NCBI GenBank assembly: GCA_951406725.2 | Contig: OX597814.1 | Coordinates: forward strand, 3,038,001-3,102,000 | From: Octopus vulgaris | Lineage: Eukaryota | Reading direction: 5' to 3' | DNA: 64,000 nt | Shown: one piece after another, positions 54,306 to 64,000 of the stretch | Position numbering within the stretch: position 1 is the first letter of the stretch | Layout of the letters: each line of letters begins with the position of its first letter | Notes under the pieces: model-generated | The model's database searches: none | Told to the model about the DNA's origin: nothing | What the model saw: the letters and a program-made list of their open reading frames with translations, nothing else | Translations under genes and position numbers: made by a program

Positions 54306-54955
54306 ATTTTGGGATGATCATTTTGTTTTTTGCCAAATAAACACACGCACTATATATTCGTTCTGCCCTAGTTTGTTATTGTTCCTATTCTAACTCCTAT
54401 CCATTGTCCGGAAATCTTTCGTCACACATCTGTGACCTCTTCACACACGAAGACACATTTCGTCTTCGTGTGTGCTCTTGCTCCACTTATTTCATTCTGC
54501 TCTTCTGTGATATGACAACGACGGCGATAACAACAACAACCACTGATGCGGTCACAGGAGTGTGACGAAAGAACTCTGGCCGAAATAAGATTAAGATAGC
54601 AGCAGCGACAACGTGGGAAGAAGATAGGGTTGAGGGGAAGGTCATACTGCTACTAAGATCAATGACACACACACAAGTATACACACAACCACACACATGC
54701 ACAGACATGCACATATACACACGCATACATAAACACAAACGCAATCGCATGTGTGCATAAAGGTACACATCATAGAAATAAGTGGCGCGAGAGCACACAC
54801 GAAGTCGAAAAGTATCGCTGAAGAGGTCACAGATGAGTGACGAAAGATTTCCGGAAAATGGACAGAATAAGAAGAGTAATAAACGAGTGAAGAACAAATA
54901 TATATAATGCGTGTGGTTGTTTGGCAAAGAAAAAATATGATCAACTCGAAGCGCA
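53990..54955. mobile_element. Cluster of four hammerhead-bearing short elements (family H2, subtypes A and B) in opposite orientations
   Basis: A: 54540-54580 (+) and 54106-54149 (-). B: 54815-54855 (+) and 54407-54443 (-). Three copies share the downstream motif ATATA…TGCGTGTG..T..TTGGC. Confidence 0.7.
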
Positions 54956-55048
54956 ACAACAACTGTTTCAACACACGATTTCACATCAGATGTCATGCAA
55001 CACAAATTCATAAACGTATATATATGTATATGTATGTAAGTATGTATG

Positions 55049-55135
<87 letters not shown>

Positions 55136-55244
55136 GCATATACACACACACACATACATATATAAATCAAGGCTGCACCTCTTCCTGTCGAGAGACCCAG
55201 ACGAAGTCCATTCTACACCAAGTGCCATATATTAGAGGAGGAGG

Positions 55245-55622
55245 TGCAATGGCCCAGTGGTTAGGGCAGCGGACTCGCGGTCTTAGGATCGCGGTTTCGA
55301 TTCCCAGACCGGGCGTTGTGAGTGTTTATTGAGCGAAAACACCTAAGGCTCCACGAGGCTCCGGCAGGGGATGGTGGTGGACCCTGCTGTACTCTTTCAC
55401 CACAACTTTCTCTCACTCTTACTTCCTGTTTCTGTTGTACCTCTATTTCAAAGGGGCCGGTCTTGTCACTCTCTGTGTCACGCTGAATCTCCCCTGAGAA
55501 CTACATTAAGGGTGCACGTGTCTGTGGAGTGCTCAGCCACCTACACGTTAATTTCGCGAGCAGGCTGTTCCGTTGATCGGATCAACCGGAACCCTCGTCG
55601 TCGTAACCGACGGAGTGCTTCC
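55245..55622 (+). mobile_element. SINE family 4, young full copy
   Basis: A-box TGGCCCAGTGG, B-box GGTTTCGATTCC, shared tail. Confidence 0.88.
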
Positions 55623-56102
55623 ATCCCATATTAGCGGAAGATCTCAGTAATAACAACGTAGCAAAACGGCGCTGTTCCAGCATGGGCACAGCTCTGAGAT
55701 GAAACGACAATATATATAAATATATACATATATATATATTGTATACAGGGAGAGAAAAACATGCAAGGTGTGTCGTCTTGGGAGAGATCTGGTCATTCCA
55801 GTATTACAATCCACTCCGTAGTAATTTCATTCTCTGTCTAAAGAAATTCTAATCGGAGAATTCTTACATTTCTATACCCCATGTACCACTTTGTGACTCC
55901 TATTAGCAAATGAAGGACTGTACGGCAATATATAAATACAACACGAGTCGGCAGAATCCTTAGCACTCCGTCCGTCTTTACGTTCTGAGTTCAAATTCCA
56001 TTTCGGGGTCGATAAAATAAGCACCGGTCGACATCTGGGGTCGATGTAATCGACCACGCGCCTCACCCGAACTTGCTGTCCTTGAGCAAAAAATTTTAAA
56101 CC

Positions 56103-56204
<102 letters not shown>

Positions 56205-56436
56205 TGCAGCTGTCTTATTTGCAAATCTAAAATCTATTTGTCGTACAACAATACCTCATTATTTGTTTATCTTTAGGCTTTTATCTGTTCGTCTTTTTCT
56301 GATCATTCTTTCTTATGCCTTTACCTCTCTTATCTATCTACCTATCTGTCTACCCCTTTTTTTACCACCAAAAGAAAAGCTCTACCTTGTAATTTGTCCT
56401 GTCTGTGTGCAGCCCTGTGTGGCTAATAAAGAAACA

Positions 56437-57762
<1,326 letters not shown>

Positions 57763-58408
57763 TTATATGGATATATATATATAACAAATATATGTCTAAA
57801 TATATATATATACATATATACGTATATACATATATACACACACATACACACATATATATATATGTAAATATATATATGTGTGTGTGTGTGTGCGTGTGTG
57901 TGTATATATATATGTGTGTGTGTGTATGTATATATATATACACACATACACACATGCATATTCATGTATGTGCAGATTTTTACATTTGTATGCAGTTCTA
58001 TGTGTGTGTGTGAGTGTGCATGTGTGTGTGTGTGTGTGTGTGTTTGTGTGTGTGTTTTGCTTGGTCATATAATGGCTGCCGACAATGCGACTGATGGACA
58101 AGCTGCGCAATCTTTGTCCGCTGATTAGATAAAGGCAGAGCAGCAACTGAAAATGAGAGACGAGACAGATACGAACATGATATTGCCTGCCTGGCTGTCT
58201 GCACTAATAGAACCACTGGCCGGGATTGGCTTGGTTGGCTGTAATCTCGGCCAATCAGCTGATAGTAACTGCTTCCAGGATCAAAGACCTCACTGATCCA
58301 CACTCACACACACAGTTACACACACACACAAACACACACACATTCACTAATGTCCGCTATGAATCGATCATACGGACAACAAATTGATAATGTTCTCCTA
58401 GACATACT

Positions 58409-58439
<31 letters not shown>

Positions 58440-58873
58440 GTGTGTGTATCTGTTGGTAGGAAGGCGGTGGAGGTATATGCGTGTATGTGTTTGTGTGTGT
58501 TTTGTTGTGTTGTGTTGTGTATGGCTGTGCATAATTCCGGACTGAAATACACCTACGGACACAGAATATATAAATACATATATGTATATACACATGCATC
58601 CATATATACATATTTACACACACACACACACTGGAGAAAAACGAGCAAAGTGATACAACTCAGAGTGACCAGTGGCCTATATTTGAACATAATTAATGTG
58701 GTATTATATACCAAGGGCTCAAATAACTGGACATTCGTGTATTTGTCTGATTGAGAGTCTGTCTGTGTGTGCGTGTTAATACACATACATATTAACACAC
58801 ACATATCCACACACAATTACATACATTTATAGACACATGCGTGCACATGGGTATGCATATATAAACATACATA

Positions 58874-59265
58874 GGGCGACGAGCTGGCAGAATCGTTAGC
58901 ACGCCGGGCGAAAGTTCGTATTTCGTCTGCTGCTACGTTCTGAGTCAAATTCCGTCGAGGTCGACCTTGCCTTTCATCCATTCGGGGTCGATTAAATAAG
59001 TACTAGTTACGCACTGGGGTCGATGTAATCGACTTAATCCGTTTGTCTGTCCTTCTTTGTCCTCTCTGTGTTTAGCCCGTTGTGGGTAGTAAAGAAATAG
59101 GTATTTCGTCTGTCTTTACGTTCTGAGTTCAAATTCCGCCGAGGTCGACTTTGCTTTTCATCCTTTTGGGGTCGATAAATTAAGTACCAGTTACGTACTA
59201 TGGTCGATCTAATTGACTGGCCCCCTCCCACAAAATTTCGCGCCTTGTGCCTAAAGTAGAAAAAA
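58874..59265 (+). mobile_element. SINE family 1 dimer
   Basis: Junction AAAGAAATA|GGTATTTCG at ~59100. Confidence 0.88.
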
Positions 59266-59444
59266 TATGAAAAATATAAATGTCCATATATATGTGCTTA
59301 TACTGTTTCCTCTCATAGCTCGTCCTCCTAGCGTTCATAATATTTTTTTCTATCGTCTTGGCTCAACAGCCCTCACCGTTTGTTTTAACTGTTTTGTTTT
59401 CACTGTCCTGTTCTTTCAACCACTTTCACCCCCCGCAAAAAATT

Positions 59445-59790
59445 CGCACACAAGTGTACGAGTGTTTCAGACTTTTCCAAGATGGCGAAAAAATGTCGAT
59501 ATTGACGAATGTTCTAGGTTACCCGCAACGAACAGAACTGAGTTAAGCACCGCAGATGCATGTGTAGTTGTGATGAGAAATCGTCAAATCGCCATGTGTG
59601 ATTTATCAGAATATGTGCAGATTAGTTACGGTTCAGTTCAGTCCATTATTACTGAAGATTCGGGTATGAGACGTGTGTCTACCAAGTTTGTGCCAAAACT
59701 GCTTCCAGCTTAGCGAAAAGACACTCGGGTTTCAGTTGCACAAGAACTGCTTGATTGTGTCGAGAACGGTGAAAACCTTTTTGAAAACTT
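59445..59790 (+). pseudogene. Mariner transposase N-terminal fragment
   Basis: TQVYECFRLFQDG…NRQI…ISYGSVQSIITEDSGMRRVSTKFVPKLL…RVSVAQELL (WVP-type linker). Confidence 0.85.
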
Positions 59791-59811
59791 TGCGTAGGCC
59801 TCTGAGCAGGT

Positions 59812-59925
<114 letters not shown>

Positions 59926-59959
59926 GTATGATCAAACAAATTCCAAAGGGACGGGTAAA

Positions 59960-60180
59960 TAATCGCCATGTTGATTCGCTAGCTTCTGCATGCATTTGTT
60001 TTCTCTCCTTGTTTCTTTCCGTGTTTCTTTTCTGTGTATCTTTCTGTTGAAGAGCGTAGGCTCGAAACGTAAAAGACTTGTTTTATTTATATTCCTGAGC
60101 GCCATACTAATACATTTGTCTGTTTGTATTCCACCTGCCTTCGTCTTTTGTTTATTTTCATAAAGCTTCCCGTTATATAT
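59960..60180 (+). mobile_element. Family H1 element with hammerhead-like motif
   Basis: 60039-60076 TCTTT-CTGTTGA-A-GAGC-GTAG-GCTC-GAAA-CGTA-AAAGA; inverted twin at 61535-61749. Confidence 0.72.
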
Positions 60181-60192
60181 ACATATAGATAA

Positions 60193-61000
<808 letters not shown>

Positions 61001-61482
61001 TGCCCAGACTGCGTTGTGCATTCTAATCAGCAATGACCAGCGACGCTTACAAAGGTGTGTTCAAACTGCTATTAAAGCCGTCTCCTTGAATCGGAAATAA
61101 ATAGTTGGCTGGTCAGCTTACTAAACGTGTATCATTTATTTACCAACATTATAACTGCCGCTCTTAACTCCTGGAATGCAGAACGCACACACATATTTGC
61201 CGAGTTAAGTAGGCCCAGCGGAAGTTATTCACGTAAAACTTACGTAACTAATGACTGACTATTTCAGGAAACTTGTACACATTATACAAAGAATTTATAC
61301 CGACTAATTCCTGCCATTTCGTCCCTGACTAATACATTAAAAATATCTCTGAACATATATCTTAATACTTTATTCACTCATTCTGAATCTTATGTGTGTG
61401 TGTGGCAGTGTTGTATGTATGTATGTTTATATGTGCGTGCGCTGTGTGTGCGTATTTGTGAGTTTGTTTGTGTGTACGTTTA

Positions 61483-61534
<52 letters not shown>

Positions 61535-61538
<4 letters not shown>

Positions 61539-61749
61539 CGGGAAGCTTTATGAAAATAAACAAAAGACGAAGGCAGGTGGAATACAAATAAACAATTGTA
61601 TTAGTATGACGCTCAGGAATAGAAATAGAACAAGTCTTTTACGTTTCGAGCCTACGCTCTTCAACAGAAAGATACACAGAAAAGAAACACGGAGAGAAAC
61701 AAGGAGAGAAAAAAATGCGTGCAGAAGCTAGCGAATCAAGATGGCGATC
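61535..61749 (-). mobile_element. Family H1 element with hammerhead-like motif
   Basis: The motif at 61635-61672 on the minus strand is identical to the 60039 copy. Confidence 0.72.
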
Positions 61750-61772
61750 TGATATATATATCTGTATATATA

Positions 61773-61827
<55 letters not shown>

Positions 61828-62142
61828 CACGAATATATCCACGTGGATAAAAAGTGTTAGCAGAAGGGTAACCAGGAGTCGTAACCTGGGTGCGACCCGG
61901 CTTCCTTAGAGTTTAAGAAGTTAAGGGCCGAAACACTTGCCGAAGTAGGGTTTCTTCATTGAAGACCTTCTAGTTATCAGCTCTCTTGAGAGTTTCTTAC
62001 CATTTCCACACGTCCTCACACTTCTACTCTCCTCCACCTTCCATTTGATATATTATATTGTATTATATTATAGTATATTAAATATGTGTGAGTGTATATA
62101 TACACATACACACACGCACTCACGCACACATATACGTATGCA

Positions 62143-62321
62143 TACATACAAAATTTAGAGGAGTGATCACTAAAATACTGGACAGTCTATATGCTAGATA
62201 TAGACGTCAAAATCGCCATTTTCCACGAAACACATTCTTCGTGGAAAACGGCGATTTTGACGTCTATATCTAGCATATAGACTGTCCAGTATTTTAGTGG
62301 TCTCTCTAAATTTTGTATGTA
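62143..62321. repeat. Fold-back palindrome (~85 bp arms)
   Basis: CACTAAAATACTGGACAGTCTATATGCTAGATATAGACGTCAAAATCGCC… pairs with …GGCGATTTTGACGTCTATATCTAGCATATAGACTGTCCAGTATTTTAGTG. Confidence 0.92.
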
Positions 62322-62426
62322 AAAAAATTTTTAACCTTCGGATTTTTTTAAAATATGCTAGGCCACTGGTTTTAATTGTTTAATATCAATTTCTACCCCT
62401 ATTTAATTTTAAATAATGTATGCATA

Positions 62427-62494
<68 letters not shown>

Positions 62495-62970
62495 TATGCG
62501 TGCGTATGTGTGTGTGTGTCCGTTACATGCAACAGACTTATATTAAAGTAGATATCTGTTCATCATACTTAAAGAAAATGATCCGTGTAAAGCAAATTTA
62601 CTGCTGTATTCGTCCAGAGTTTAATGACTTTTATGGACATGCTGTATATATGGACAGATATATAAACAAGGGAGCCAAAATTTTCTGGTCAGAATGCTAG
62701 ATGCATTTCTGACTCATTGGAAGTTGACCGTATCATATGCTGACGGCCAACCACAAGCCAACACAAAATCCGTCACCACTGACATCAGCCACATTAAGTA
62801 TGATACACAGATGGCTTTATATATGGCAATAGGCCGATCCATTTTATGAATGGCCTATTGACTTTGAGAAATTATTCATACTCGAAATAATGTCCCCTTC
62901 TCAAGTGGGGCCATTCTCAATTGCTTTGTGGTAATTATGGTGCATCTGTTGATGGTGAACATACTTTTCA

Positions 62971-63205
62971 AGGCGGCGAGCTGGCAGAAACGTTAGCGCG
63001 CCGGGCGAAATGCTGTAGCGGTATTTCGTCTGTCGTTACGTACTAAGTTCAAATTCCGCCGAAGTCGACTTTGCCTTTCATCCTTTCGGGGTCGATTAAA
63101 ATAAGTACCAGTTACGCACTGGGGTCGATATAATCGACTTAATCCGTTTGGCTGTCCTTTTTTTGTCCTCTCTGTGTTTAGCCCTTTGTGGGTAGTAAAG
63201 AAATA
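62971..63205 (+). mobile_element. SINE family 1 monomer with 17 bp TSD
   Basis: GGTGAACATACTTTTCA (62954-62970) and GGTGAACAAAATTTTCA (63206-63222). Confidence 0.88.
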
Positions 63206-63359
63206 GGTGAACAAAATTTTCATGAATTAAGAATCTATGTTGTATGGTATTTGATATGCCTGTATTGTCTATGTTGTGTGTGTGCGCGTGTGTATGTGCT
63301 GAATTCATCATTAACATTGGTTTGATCGAAGTGGCGTAGAGGACTATTTTCAAATGCAG

Positions 63360-63590
63360 TATTCTATATGCAATAAATGTTTTTGCTAAACTGGGTAAAA
63401 ACGTTACAAAAACTTATGAGATAGTCCAGACCACTTATGGATTAACCTGTATGCATCAATCATCTGTTTTCCTTTGCTAGTACAAGAGGCCAGGCAGACT
63501 AAGTCCACCAGGAAGCACACGATAATCTCTTTTTTCGACAGCAGAAACATTATCTGCGTCCACTGGGTCAATGGTCAACAAAGGTACATT
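63360..63590 (+). pseudogene. Deleted mariner transposase remnant
   Basis: KLGKNVTKTYEIVQTTYG…SSVF joined to EARQTKSTRKHTIISFFDSRNIICVHWV. Confidence 0.7.
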
Positions 63591-63599
63591 ATTGGTGCT

Positions 63600-63781
63600 T
63601 TATTCGTCTGTCGATACGTTCTGAGTTCAAATTCCGCCGAGGTCCACTTTGCCTTTCATCCTTTCGTGGTCGATAAATAAAGTACCGGTTACGCACTGGG
63701 GTCGATGTAATCGTCTTAATCCGTTTGTCTGTCCTTGTTTCTCCCCTCTATGTTTAGCTCCTTGTGGGCAATACAGAAATA
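63600..63781 (+). mobile_element. SINE family 1, headless body with tail A
   Basis: Homology to the other copies. Confidence 0.8.
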
Positions 63782-64000
63782 TATATTTTTATAAATAAAA
63801 GAAGTGTCACAACGACCGTTTCGACCATTTGGTCATTATCATGTGTCCTTCACGATGACCTGAATCACGAAACGATCCTAATCTCATATTAGAAATATCA
63901 AAACAAAAAAAAACAATTTAAGTATCCCTCTCTTCGCTTTAAACTTCATTCGTATATTTTCAGTTACAACAAGTATGAATATCTTATGATTAATTACACA

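Overview
This is a 64 kb AT-rich, microsatellite-saturated metazoan window with no host protein-coding exon that I can support; almost all listed ORFs are translations of simple repeats or SINEs. The repeat landscape (tRNA-derived SINE families with CORE-like and Meta-like central domains, plus dense (TA)n/(TATC)n/(TATG)n/(CA)n/(AAT)n arrays) suggests an octopod intergenic or intronic region (inference). Recognisable protein relics are all transposon-derived: R4/Dong-type RLE LINE fragments, RTE and CR1-like LINE fragments, a Penelope-like GIY-YIG fragment, a full-length but frameshifted Tc1 element and several mariner fragments. A Tigger-like MITE and a non-autonomous Helitron are also present. 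The most striking unexplained structure is a set of short elements lodged in (TA)n arrays that carry minimal type-I hammerhead-ribozyme-like motifs (about 16 motifs in several sequence families). They repeatedly occur as fold-back palindromes or as local inverted pairs 0.4-1.7 kb apart. Also notable are a SINE that appears to integrate at GGT(AT) sites and into its own family, giving head-sharing multimers, and an old ~470 bp inverted repeat with perfectly matched 58 and 18 nt blocks and a 44/45 nt block around the Tc1 insertion. All motif calls were made by eye; no searches or folding were run, and many boundaries are approximate.
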